Below, piece by piece: positions 42,029 to 50,373 of a stretch of DNA of 64,000 nt; the stretch's first letter is position 1, and every line of letters starts with the position of its first letter. The stretch is from contig MHLM01000012.1 in the NCBI GenBank assembly GCA_001821395.1, positions 64,001-128,000 of the forward strand. The letters run 5' to 3'. The notes under the pieces were generated by a model. It had not been told where the DNA came from, ran no database searches, and saw nothing but the letters and a program-made list of their open reading frames with translations. The DNA comes from Candidatus Lloydbacteria bacterium RIFCSPHIGHO2_02_FULL_50_18 (lineage in GTDB: Bacteria; Patescibacteriota; Minisyncoccia; Phycocordibacterales; UBA6899). The position numbers were made by a program, and so were the translations under genes.

Positions 42029-42146
42029 ATTGAGAACATAGCAAATTTCTTTGTTGAAACATGAACATGCAAGCAAGCCGTACTCCGAGTACGGCTTGCT
42101 TGCATGTTCATGTTTCGTCTCGAACTTTGCATATGTTCTCAATCCT
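42029..42146. repeat. ~118-bp near-palindrome with 25-bp perfect inner arms (ATGAACATGCAAGCAAGCCGTACTC|GGAGTACGGCTTGCTTGCATGTTCAT)
   Basis: Inner 52-bp perfect palindrome 42061..42112 flanked by imperfect inverted arms GGATTGAGAACAT...ATGTTCTCAATCC. Confidence 0.75.
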
Positions 42147-42231
42147 AAAGGATGAATGTCCAATCGCTACTGTTGCGATTTTTTTATTATCTGGCAGTCT
42201 GAGTACAGAATGGTCTTCGAGGGAGGCAGGA

Positions 42232-42918
42232 ATGGTTCAAGCATCAGTCAACAAAGAGCAACTAGATAAGCTTCGAAATACTTATTGCGATGCAGCGCAG
42301 TACTTGGGTGTCCCACGCACAAGTGCAGAACGATGTTTCACGAAACTCGCGCAATACTATGCTGAACCGCATCGGCGCTATCATACGCTGGCTCATCTGC
42401 ACCAGTGCATGGTTGAGTTTGCGGATGTAGTGTGGCACAGTCAGGATCCTGCGCTCATTGTCATGGCTATTTTTTACCATGATATTACGTACGACGTTCA
42501 TCGCAACGATAACGAAGCGAAGAGTGCGTTGTATTGGAAATTCATTGCCCGCCATGTACTCGAAGTGAAGAACGAAGGATTCATCGCCGAGGTCGCCCGA
42601 TTGATCGAACTTAGCGGCGAACATCGTACGGACCCTGTCACTGATCCTGATGCCGCGCTCTTCCTCGACGTCGACATGTCGATTCTAGGAGCTGACGCAC
42701 CGGAGTACGACGCATATGCGGCCGCAGTGCGACAGGAGTATGCGCACTGCAGTGACGATGAATGGGCGTTTGGTCGCGTTGCGAAGTTCCTTGATCCGAC
42801 CTTGTGTGAGGACAGAATATTTCTCACTGATATCTTTCGTCAAAAATATGAAGAAAATGCGCGCGCAAACCTGATGGAAGAGCGTTGCCGCTATCAAAAA
42901 AACCTACCGCTCGCATGA
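42232..42918 (+). CDS. HD-domain metal-dependent phosphohydrolase
   Basis: RYHTLAHLH and FYHDITYD (H..H / HD) motifs; start at MVQASVNK downstream of the palindrome; terminator overlaps stop (42903..42930). Confidence 0.55.
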   Translation: MVQASVNKEQLDKLRNTYCDAAQYLGVPRTSAERCFTKLAQYYAEPHRRYHTLAHLHQCMVEFADVVWHSQDPALIVMAIFYHDITYDVHRNDNEAKSALYWKFIARHVLEVKNEGFIAEVARLIELSGEHRTDPVTDPDAALFLDVDMSILGADAPEYDAYAAAVRQEYAHCSDDEWAFGRVAKFLDPTLCEDRIFLTDIFRQKYEENARANLMEERCRYQKNLPLA

Positions 42919-43017
42919 GCGGTTTTTTCTTGACAAAGAGTATTTGTTGTGGAGAATCAAGAACGGCAGTCCCAATAGGGAAAGCCGTTCTTTTACAACC
43001 AACCGAAAGGATAACTC

Positions 43018-43866
43018 ATGAGCGAGATAGCCGAAAAAGTAAACCCATCGACCGATGGGCAGATGAAAGACCTCACCAGCGTTCTGGTGACCGCCATGCC
43101 CGATCACGAAAAATTCCCACGGGAACAAATCGAGTATTGGATGAAAAACAAGCGCTTGCTCGCGGCAAAGGTGCGCGCAGTGCTTGAGGGGGCCCCACGT
43201 GGCCTTGGGCAAACAACGCAAGAAGTGCTGCAATCCTGGGAGCGATTTTATCGCGAGATACTCAAAATAAAAGTCGACTTCTCGGATATCGATACTCCGC
43301 CACGTTTTAGTGAATTTAAGGCCATTATTCCCGTGATCTCATCTATTTCCGCAGAAGAAATTGTCGGTTTACTCACGAAAAATTTCAATCATGAATTTAG
43401 TTTGAGAGACTTTCAGTGCAACTTAGATGAGCTCTCGCACTTGCGTCCGGAGGGGCACTATGCGGTTTTGCACCGAGGTACTCGAATGCCCGATCTCGAT
43501 ATGCAGATCACCAGGCAGCGAGCTACTGAGGGTGTGGTCGCGAGGTACACTTGCGTACATCCTCCCGTCGATGCTTCTTCATTTATGAATCCAAGGGAGT
43601 ACATCCTTTTTGCGGCGTTCAACGTCTGGATGACATCTGGTCGTCACTCGTCACCATGGTTCGACTACGACATTGCTGGCACTAATTTTATTGGCGAGAG
43701 AGCGCTCCCTGGAACCGCGTTCCCACAGATGGATGCTTTTGATCGACCACTGGCCGCGTGTTGCCACTCTAGCAATAACCATGAGTGCCACATTGAACAC
43801 CCTTGTGGCTTTGAAAATTCCTACGGGCGACTTGTGAAAGTACTTTCTTCCTTGCGCATCGCATAA
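43018..43866 (+). CDS. hypothetical protein; shares a local motif with ORF 50374..51195 (possible paralog)
   Basis: RPEGHYAVLHRGTRMPD vs RPRCTYVVVHRGGMEPD; terminator 43871..43906. Confidence 0.5.
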   Translation: MSEIAEKVNPSTDGQMKDLTSVLVTAMPDHEKFPREQIEYWMKNKRLLAAKVRAVLEGAPRGLGQTTQEVLQSWERFYREILKIKVDFSDIDTPPRFSEFKAIIPVISSISAEEIVGLLTKNFNHEFSLRDFQCNLDELSHLRPEGHYAVLHRGTRMPDLDMQITRQRATEGVVARYTCVHPPVDASSFMNPREYILFAAFNVWMTSGRHSSPWFDYDIAGTNFIGERALPGTAFPQMDAFDRPLAACCHSSNNHECHIEHPCGFENSYGRLVKVLSSLRIA

Positions 43867-43899
43867 CGTGTTTATCACCACCGAGAAATCGGTGGTTTT

Positions 43900-44970
43900 T
43901 TATATGATGAGCATTCCGTCGCCGAATGAGTAGAAGCGGAATTTTTCCCTTATGGCGATGTCGTAGAGCGCGAGGATGTCGCGCTTCGCTCTTTTGTGTT
44001 TGAGGAGTGCGTCGACCAAGAGCATGAGTGATGAGCGAGGGACGTGGAAGTTCGTAATAAGCCCATCTGCAATCTTGAATTCGTACGGCGGGTAGATAAA
44101 TATATTCGTAGGCTTAGAACATTGCTCAACACTCCAAGGTTCCACCTTGGAGTGTTGGATTGCAGCGGATTCGAGGGTACGCATGGCGGTAGTGCCGACG
44201 GGGATGATGGGAATACCCGCCGCTTTTGCACTATTTATTTTTTTTGCGCTTTCCTTTGTGATATCGAGATACTCCGCAAAAAGTTTTTTACTTTTGAAAT
44301 TTTGTTCATCAATCGGCGCAAAGGTACCCGCACCTACATGAAGCGTGACCTCCGTACGCGTGATGTGTTCACGTTTCATTTTTTCGAGTAAGCGATCGGT
44401 GAAATGGAGCGACGCCGTTGGTGCTGCAATTGACGCGGGATATTTCGCGAGAATACTTTGGTATTTTTCACGCAATGTGTGCTCGGACATCGTATTGCCC
44501 TTGATATATGGGGGTATTGGCGTCACACCCTCTTTCTCGAGCAAACTCCAAAGGCTGCCTTTGGATACACTGGGATTGAAAAAGAAAAATTGCTCTTCTT
44601 GTCTTTCGACCTCAAGGTGCGCCCCTGACTTAAAGAAGAGTTTGGCACCGGGAAGGATCTTGCGGTCGACCACTCCTTTAATAGAGATGTCGCCGGGACG
44701 GAATTCATTCATCATGAGAAGCACCTCGATCTTGCCGCCCGTTTCTTTGGAAAGCCACAATCGGGCAGGAACGACCTTTGTATCATTAAAGACAAGCAGG
44801 CTGGGTTTGGGGAGATATTGGTCAATATTCCGGAAAACATCAAAATGCACCTTATCAGTTTTCGTATCGTAGACGAACAATCGAGCGGAATCTCGCGGAG
44901 AAGCGGGCTCATTGGCGATAAGCCCCTCAGGGAGGTGGTAGTTATAATCATCGAGAGAGATCATGTGCAC
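43900..44970 (-). CDS. queA: S-adenosylmethionine:tRNA ribosyltransferase-isomerase
   Basis: LPEGLIANEPASPRDSARL, PIPPYI, AAPTASLHFT, HVGAGTF, TNFHVPRSSL, YSFGDGMLI motifs. Confidence 0.9.
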   Translation of the reverse strand: MHMISLDDYNYHLPEGLIANEPASPRDSARLFVYDTKTDKVHFDVFRNIDQYLPKPSLLVFNDTKVVPARLWLSKETGGKIEVLLMMNEFRPGDISIKGVVDRKILPGAKLFFKSGAHLEVERQEEQFFFFNPSVSKGSLWSLLEKEGVTPIPPYIKGNTMSEHTLREKYQSILAKYPASIAAPTASLHFTDRLLEKMKREHITRTEVTLHVGAGTFAPIDEQNFKSKKLFAEYLDITKESAKKINSAKAAGIPIIPVGTTAMRTLESAAIQHSKVEPWSVEQCSKPTNIFIYPPYEFKIADGLITNFHVPRSSLMLLVDALLKHKRAKRDILALYDIAIREKFRFYSFGDGMLII

Positions 44971-45035
44971 ATGCTATCAGGTGAAGCAATATGGGCAAGC
45001 TTTTCTATGTTTAGCAACGTATTTTCGACTTTTTT

Positions 45036-45056
45036 TGTCAAGGTTTAACCTTGACA
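45036..45056. repeat. 21-bp perfect palindrome TGTCAAGGTTtAACCTTGACA (second copy of 24159..24179)
   Basis: Same arms and same gtattttc...ttttttt 5' flank as copy 1. Confidence 0.6.
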
Positions 45057-45179
45057 ATTTTAAGTGGTGCGTTTGCGGCTACGATAATATTCCACAGATA
45101 ATCCACAGAGTTATCAACAGCAAAATGTAATAATTATGGCAAAAAATAACCCCAACCCTTCGGTCGGGGTTGGGGTAGG

Positions 45180-45419
45180 TCAGTCGACCTCTGTGATGGT
45201 AAACTTTTCGCTGCAGGAGTAGAGGAAGCCCTCCTCGAGTCCCCAACAGAAAAAGAACATCCCGTCGCCCTCCTTGGGGGGCACCCCATCCTTATTCGAA
45301 ACGGTCGTTACTCCACCTTCGCGAGTGACTTTGACGTCAACGTAGGACCTGGTGGAACTTAAATCTTCCATAAATTCTGCGTGCTCATCTTCGGTGAGTA
45401 TCGCTGTGGCTATTTTCAT
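45180..45419 (-). CDS. hypothetical small protein
   Basis: 79-aa ORF upstream of queA on same strand. Confidence 0.4.
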   Translation of the reverse strand: MKIATAILTEDEHAEFMEDLSSTRSYVDVKVTREGGVTTVSNKDGVPPKEGDGMFFFCWGLEEGFLYSCSEKFTITEVD

Positions 45420-45589
45420 TGTTGCTCCTTCGGTTTGGTTTTTGAGTCTGACATGACATTAGCACGAAAAATATTTATGTCAATAATTTGATATTCCTAT
45501 ATTTTATAACATATTTTGACTTAATTCGAACGCCACACCTAGGAAGTGAGGGAAATAGGTCTTTTGGGAGACTTCACGGGCTTGAAATA

Positions 45590-45720
45590 CGCACCTGGGA
45601 GCGAGGTATTGCTTTTTGAGGGGCTACGGACCGCGGCGGCGGGAGTTTGAGGAAAAAGTCAGCAGACTTTTATCCGTGCCCTCAAAAAGCAATGCCGAGC
45701 GTATACATTGACTTCTTTGG
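45590..45720. repeat. palindromic intergenic repeat element (copy A) upstream of rpsS; related to 49590..49760
   Basis: Internal inverted arms gcgaggtattgctttttgagggg / ccctcaaaaagcaatgccgagcg; aligns to reverse complement of copy B. Confidence 0.65.
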
Positions 45721-45856
45721 GCTGTTTAAGTAGTATCTAGCACAAGGTATTTCAAATAGTTTCACTCTACGCCGTGGGAGGATCAGGGGCGTTGGGAAAT
45801 CTATATCGAAAAATCGCCAAATCGCCCAAAAGGCTTAGAAAAACTTTTATAAACAT

Positions 45857-46201
45857 ATGACAAGATCACTAAAAAAGGGACCATACGTGTACGAGAAATT
45901 GCTCAAGAAGATCGAGGGCAAGAAGCCGGATGTTGCCGGTGTAATTAAGACCTGGGCGCGTGCGTCGCAGATCTCACCTGAGATGGTGGGGCATACCTTC
46001 GGTGTGCACAATGGCAAGGACTTCATTGAGGTAAAGGTCAGCGAGGAGATGGTTGGACATCGTCTCGGTGAATTCTCAGGAACCCGCAAATTCTATCGTC
46101 ACGGTGGAAAGATGCAAAAGGACCTTGAGGCTAAACAGAAGGAAGCCGAGATCTCTGCAGCAAAGGCCGCAAAGGGAGCTGATGCCGCTAAGAAAAAATA
46201 A
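45857..46201 (+). CDS. rpsS: 30S ribosomal protein S19 with Lys/Ala-rich C-terminal tail
   Basis: KKGPYV...[24 protein letters not shown]. Confidence 0.9.
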   Translation: MTRSLKKGPYVYEKLLKKIEGKKPDVAGVIKTWARASQISPEMVGHTFGVHNGKDFIEVKVSEEMVGHRLGEFSGTRKFYRHGGKMQKDLEAKQKEAEISAAKAAKGADAAKKK

Positions 46202-46210
46202 TTCATTACT

Positions 46211-46666
46211 ATGGAAATCACCGCTAAACTCTCTCAGTATCGTCAGGCTCCCCGCAAGGTCCGGCTTGTTGCTACCCTCTTAAAGGGTATGACTGTCGAA
46301 AACGCGCTTGTTGAACTTTCTCATCGCACAAAACGTGTTGCCCCGATCTTTCACAAGCTCGTCTTGTCTGCCGTTGCAAATGCAAAGATGCAAGGACTCG
46401 ACGAGAAGACACTCATCGTTAAAGGCATCCGTGTCGACAAAGGACCGGTGCTGAAACGTTCCCGCCCTCGCGCACAAGGTCGCGCATTCCCGATTCATAA
46501 GCATACGAGTCATATCGTAGTAACGCTTACCGATGGAGCAGTCGCCGACACAAAGACAACAACAACCGCAACCGCCGACACAAAGACCGTAAAGGTAGCT
46601 GTTGCAAAAAAGGTCGTTGCAAAGAAGTCCGTTACCAAGAAAAAAGTAGCCGCCACGGCGAAGTAA
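46211..46666 (+). CDS. rplV: 50S ribosomal protein L22 with Thr/Lys-rich C-terminal tail
   Basis: L22 core plus ~45-aa low-complexity extension. Confidence 0.9.
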   Translation: MEITAKLSQYRQAPRKVRLVATLLKGMTVENALVELSHRTKRVAPIFHKLVLSAVANAKMQGLDEKTLIVKGIRVDKGPVLKRSRPRAQGRAFPIHKHTSHIVVTLTDGAVADTKTTTTATADTKTVKVAVAKKVVAKKSVTKKKVAATAK

Positions 46667-46676
46667 TTTTTATCCT

Positions 46677-47381
46677 ATGTCACATCATGTACATCCATAT
46701 GCACATCGGTTAGGAATCCTCCGTGATTGGAAGTCGCGTTGGTTCGCCGATCGTGGTCAGTATCAAGAATATTTAAAAGGTGACGTTCTTTTGCGTGAGT
46801 TTCTTGAGAAGAAGCTTCGCGGCTCACACGTCTCCGAAATTGTCATGGAGCGCAATGACAAAACTTGGAAGATCCTCATCAAGACTGCACGACCGGGACT
46901 CATTATCGGTCGCAGCGGAGAGGGCGCAGTAAAATTGAAGAATGACGTACTTTCGAAACTCGCCCGCTTAAAGATGAAGCATCCGAAAGACATCAAGATC
47001 GAGATAGAGGAAGTGCGCAGTCCTGAGTCGAATGCGGCGATAGTCGGTCAGATGACTGCCGAGGGACTTGAGAAGCGTATGCCATTCAAGCGTGTGATCA
47101 AGCAGTTGCTTGAGAAGGTGATGGCGAATCGCGACGTTAAGGGAGCACGCATCGAACTTTCCGGACGTTTGGGTGGTGCAGATATGTCTCGCCGCGAGTT
47201 TGTGAAGGCAGGCAATATTCCACTGCAGACCATTCGTGCCGATGTTGATTTTGCACGAGAGAAGGCTTTCCTTCCTTACGGCATCATCGGTATTCAGGTG
47301 TGGATATACAAGGGTGAAGTGTTTGCCGAGAAGGCAAAGGCTGTGGTCGCACCAAAGGCACAGGGGGCTCATCACTCATAA
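46677..47381 (+). CDS. rpsC: 30S ribosomal protein S3
   Basis: HPYAHRLGI, KH and S3_C regions. Confidence 0.9.
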   Translation: MSHHVHPYAHRLGILRDWKSRWFADRGQYQEYLKGDVLLREFLEKKLRGSHVSEIVMERNDKTWKILIKTARPGLIIGRSGEGAVKLKNDVLSKLARLKMKHPKDIKIEIEEVRSPESNAAIVGQMTAEGLEKRMPFKRVIKQLLEKVMANRDVKGARIELSGRLGGADMSRREFVKAGNIPLQTIRADVDFAREKAFLPYGIIGIQVWIYKGEVFAEKAKAVVAPKAQGAHHS

Positions 47382-47394
47382 TCAGAACAGGCTT

Positions 47395-47820
47395 ATGTTA
47401 TTTCCAAAAAAAGTAAAACATCGTAAATGGCAGTCGGATCGCTGGAACCGCAAGAAGAATCGCATCGAGTCGCGCGGAACGACCCTCGCCTATGGTGCAT
47501 ATGGATTGAAGGCGGAGACCGAGTCACGCATCACTTCAAATCAGATCGAAGCTGCACGCCGCGTATTATCGCGCAACGTCGGAAAAACAGGACGCGTATG
47601 GATCCGCGTATTCCCGGATAGACCATATACACAGAAAGGAGCCGAAGTTCCGATGGGTAAGGGTAAGGGAGATCCTCAGGGGTTTGTCGCAGAAATACTT
47701 CCGGGTCGCATCATCTTTGAGATCGACGGAGTGACGTTTGTGCAGGCAAAGGAAGCAATTAGAAAAGCCGGGTCGAAACTTGCAGTCCTCTCACGTATGG
47801 TTACTCGCGATATTGTCTAA
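47395..47820 (+). CDS. rplP: 50S ribosomal protein L16
   Basis: MLFPKKVKHRK start inside ORF 47236; RVFPDRPYTQKGAEVPMGKGKG. Confidence 0.9.
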   Translation: MLFPKKVKHRKWQSDRWNRKKNRIESRGTTLAYGAYGLKAETESRITSNQIEAARRVLSRNVGKTGRVWIRVFPDRPYTQKGAEVPMGKGKGDPQGFVAEILPGRIIFEIDGVTFVQAKEAIRKAGSKLAVLSRMVTRDIV

Positions 47821-47830
47821 TCCCATCTAT

Positions 47831-48022
47831 ATGAAAATCACAGAAATACGAAAGATGTCGGACAAAGAAATCGAGAAGGCACTCGTTGAACAGCGCGCAG
47901 AGGTCAAGCAATTCCGTTTTGATATTACGGGAAGCAAGGCAAAAGATCTGAAAGCAGGTGCAAATGCAAAGAAGGCCGTTGCGCGTCTCTTGACCGAACT
48001 TTCATCTCGGAACGAGAATTAA
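47831..48022 (+). CDS. rpmC: 50S ribosomal protein L29
   Basis: MKITEIRKMSDKEIEKAL...; 63 aa. Confidence 0.85.
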   Translation: MKITEIRKMSDKEIEKALVEQRAEVKQFRFDITGSKAKDLKAGANAKKAVARLLTELSSRNEN

Positions 48023-48024
48023 TC

Positions 48025-48333
48025 ATGACGACTATGGAAACCAAAACAATACAAACGAAAAAGCAGTCGATGGTCGGGGTCGTTGTGTCCGACAAGATGG
48101 ACAAAACACGAGTCGTCCTGGTTACTCGCTACGAGCAGCATCCAAAGTATAAGAAGTACGTGAAGCATCACAAACGCTACAAGGTGCACGATGCAAAAAA
48201 TGAGTTCAAGGTCGGGGACAAAGTGCGTATCGAAACATGTGCGCCACTTTCAAAGCATAAGGCCTTCACCGTGGTCGAAAAGGTCGGAACTCAGGACGTT
48301 GAACAGTACATGAAGACGCGCGGAGCAGCATAA
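48025..48333 (+). CDS. rpsQ: 30S ribosomal protein S17
   Basis: GVVVSDKMDKTRVVLV...HDAKNEFKVGDKVRI. Confidence 0.9.
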   Translation: MTTMETKTIQTKKQSMVGVVVSDKMDKTRVVLVTRYEQHPKYKKYVKHHKRYKVHDAKNEFKVGDKVRIETCAPLSKHKAFTVVEKVGTQDVEQYMKTRGAA

Positions 48334-48345
48334 TCAGACAAATAT

Positions 48346-48714
48346 ATGATACAACCACGCACAATAGTAAAGATCGCTGATAATTCCGGAGGAAAGGTCG
48401 GACGTATCTTTAAGGTTCTCGGCGGTTCGAAGAAGCGCTATGCGGGTCTCGGTGATCTCGTCGTGCTTTCTGTACAGACCGCAGAACCACGTAAGGGAGT
48501 GAAGAAGGGCGAGGTCTGCCGCGCGGTCGTCGTGCGCGTAGCAAATGCTTTTCGCCGACATGACGGATCGTACATCCGTTTTGACGAGAATGCGGTCGTG
48601 CTGATCGATGCAAAGAATGAGCCTCGTGCCGGTCGCGTTTTTGGCCCGATCCCTCGTGAGATCTCAGAAAAGGGATTCAAAAAGATTATTTCTTTGGCCC
48701 CTGAGGTCGTTTAA
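48346..48714 (+). CDS. rplN: 50S ribosomal protein L14
   Basis: MIQPRTIVKIADNSGGK... Confidence 0.95.
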   Translation: MIQPRTIVKIADNSGGKVGRIFKVLGGSKKRYAGLGDLVVLSVQTAEPRKGVKKGEVCRAVVVRVANAFRRHDGSYIRFDENAVVLIDAKNEPRAGRVFGPIPREISEKGFKKIISLAPEVV

Positions 48715-48727
48715 TTTCAATCGGCTT

Positions 48728-48961
48728 ATGCATATAAAAAAAGGAGACGAAGTAGTGATCCTCTCGGGAGATGATAAGGGGAAAAAGGGTAAGGTCGCTC
48801 ATGTGATGCCGAAGCTCGGCACCGCGGTCGTCGAGGGCCTCAACATGCGAAAGAAGCATCAGCATGCTCGTCAGGATGGAAAGAAGGGGCAAGTCATCGA
48901 AATAGCCATGCCGCTCCGTGTGTCCAAGTTGGCATTGGCAGACAAGCCAAAGAAGAAATAA
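48728..48961 (+). CDS. rplX: 50S ribosomal protein L24
   Basis: MHIKKGDEVVILSGDDKGKKGKV KOW motif; start inside ORF 48608. Confidence 0.9.
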   Translation: MHIKKGDEVVILSGDDKGKKGKVAHVMPKLGTAVVEGLNMRKKHQHARQDGKKGQVIEIAMPLRVSKLALADKPKKK

Positions 48962-48971
48962 TTGAACAACC

Positions 48972-49583
48972 ATGAACGTCCCAACAATAAAAGAAAAGAT
49001 AAAGTCCGCATATCCAAAGCTGAAAGAGAAGCATGGATATAAGAACGTCATGCAGGCACCTAAGGTGGAGAAGGTCATCATTTCCGTGGGCACCGGTAAG
49101 ATGTCCCGCAATGACAAGAAGAAGAATGAGTTCGTCGCGAGCCGGCTTGGTATGATCACCGGACAGAAGGCGTCTGCACGAAAGGCAAAACAATCGATCG
49201 CTTCGTTCAAGCTTCGTGAGGGTGATGTCATCGGACAGATGGTCACGATGCGCGGGAGCAAAATGATGGGTTTCCTCGACAAGCTTGTGAACGTGGCTAT
49301 CCCGCGTACGCGCGACTTCCGAGGATTCCGTGCCGCCTCGATCGATGCAATGGGGAATTTCACCCTTGGTATCAAGGAGCACACGATCTTCCCTGAGACT
49401 GCAGATGAAGACCTGAAAGACGTCTTCAGCCTCGCACTCACTGTCGTTCTTTCAACGAGGAACAAGGAGGAGTCCATTGATTTCTTGGAGCACCTTGGTT
49501 TCCCGTTCCGCGAAACTGCGAACGAGGGAAAGAAAAAGAAAGAGAAGAAGGTTGACGCCCCAAGTAAGAAGTGGAAGAAGTAA
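48972..49583 (+). CDS. rplE: 50S ribosomal protein L5 with Lys-rich C-terminal tail
   Basis: L5 family core; C-terminal EGKKKKEKKVDAPSKKWKK. Confidence 0.9.
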   Translation: MNVPTIKEKIKSAYPKLKEKHGYKNVMQAPKVEKVIISVGTGKMSRNDKKKNEFVASRLGMITGQKASARKAKQSIASFKLREGDVIGQMVTMRGSKMMGFLDKLVNVAIPRTRDFRGFRAASIDAMGNFTLGIKEHTIFPETADEDLKDVFSLALTVVLSTRNKEESIDFLEHLGFPFRETANEGKKKKEKKVDAPSKKWKK

Positions 49584-49589
49584 TTACCG

Positions 49590-49760
49590 CTCAGCATTGC
49601 TTTTTGAGAGCACGGATAAAAGTCTGCTGACTTTTTCCACCGCAAGGGTACTTCCAATTTCATACTCCCTATGGTCGTTGAAATTTAGGTCGCTCACACC
49701 TCGCACTGCCCGGCTCCGTAGCCTCTCAAAAAGCAATACTTCGCTCCCAGGTTCGTTTTT
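49590..49760. repeat. palindromic intergenic repeat element (copy B) downstream of rplE, with ~75-bp internal insert sharing cctcgcactgc / aaatttcaac modules with the 34.6/37.5-kb elements
   Basis: Reverse complement aligns to 45596..45700; insert aligns in pieces to copies C/D. Confidence 0.65.
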
Positions 49761-49837
49761 CGAGCGGGGATCCGAAAAGACTTATTGTCTTCGCCCAAGA
49801 GGATCGGAGTTCGCGTTTGAAATACAAAACCCGCTCA

Positions 49838-49868
49838 TTTGAGCGGGTTTTGTTCTTTTGAGAATAAG
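49838..49868. terminator. palindromic rho-independent terminator (near-identical hairpin to 41165..41197)
   Basis: caaaacccgctcatttgagcgggttttgttc. Confidence 0.7.
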
Positions 49869-49939
49869 CTCAATGAGGCCCTTTACTTTTTTGAAAAAAA
49901 GCAGAATCTGAGAAGAGTTGTTTTTATTGAGAGGTAGAG

Positions 49940-50308
49940 ATGCAGATCCGCTTTCGGGTTCGCGAACTCGCTTTGGCAATTCGGGAATTTCTCGTCGGTG
50001 TCTTTGTCTTCTTCCGGCGGTCAGTGAAAAGAAGGGATGAAGTACGATATTGCTTCATGTGCCAAGAGTACGGCCATCCGCTTACTAAAGTATCGTTCAT
50101 GATCCGCACAGAAGCGCGGAGGGGGGCAAAGAAGGAGGCGCCATTCTCGGTCATGGAACTCCACGTGTGCAGTATGCATCATCCTGACAAGGACGTCGTC
50201 GGGGCAGACCTGTCCGAGGAAACACGATCATTTCTTCGAAACAATGATGCTGCCGCAGCGTGTGTCTACTATTACCATGATCCCGATCATGTTTTCCGCC
50301 TCGGATAA
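49940..50308 (+). CDS. hypothetical protein
   Basis: 122 aa; its 3' end plus terminator is duplicated at 51215..51288. Confidence 0.4.
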   Translation: MQIRFRVRELALAIREFLVGVFVFFRRSVKRRDEVRYCFMCQEYGHPLTKVSFMIRTEARRGAKKEAPFSVMELHVCSMHHPDKDVVGADLSEETRSFLRNNDAAAACVYYYHDPDHVFRLG

Positions 50309-50373
50309 GAGGTGGTTTTTTTATACTCCGTACGTTATCCAAAGGTAATTGGACAAAGTAGCAAAAATGCAAT

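Noticed and set aside
46560-46620. Short tandem-like repeats (gccgacacaaagac) at rplV 3' end
   Set aside because: Low-complexity coding for the Thr/Lys-rich tail, not an independent repeat element
48686-49663. 325-aa minus-strand ORF antisense to rplX/rplE
   Set aside because: Entirely overlaps highly conserved r-protein genes on the opposite strand; low-complexity translation; classic antisense shadow ORF
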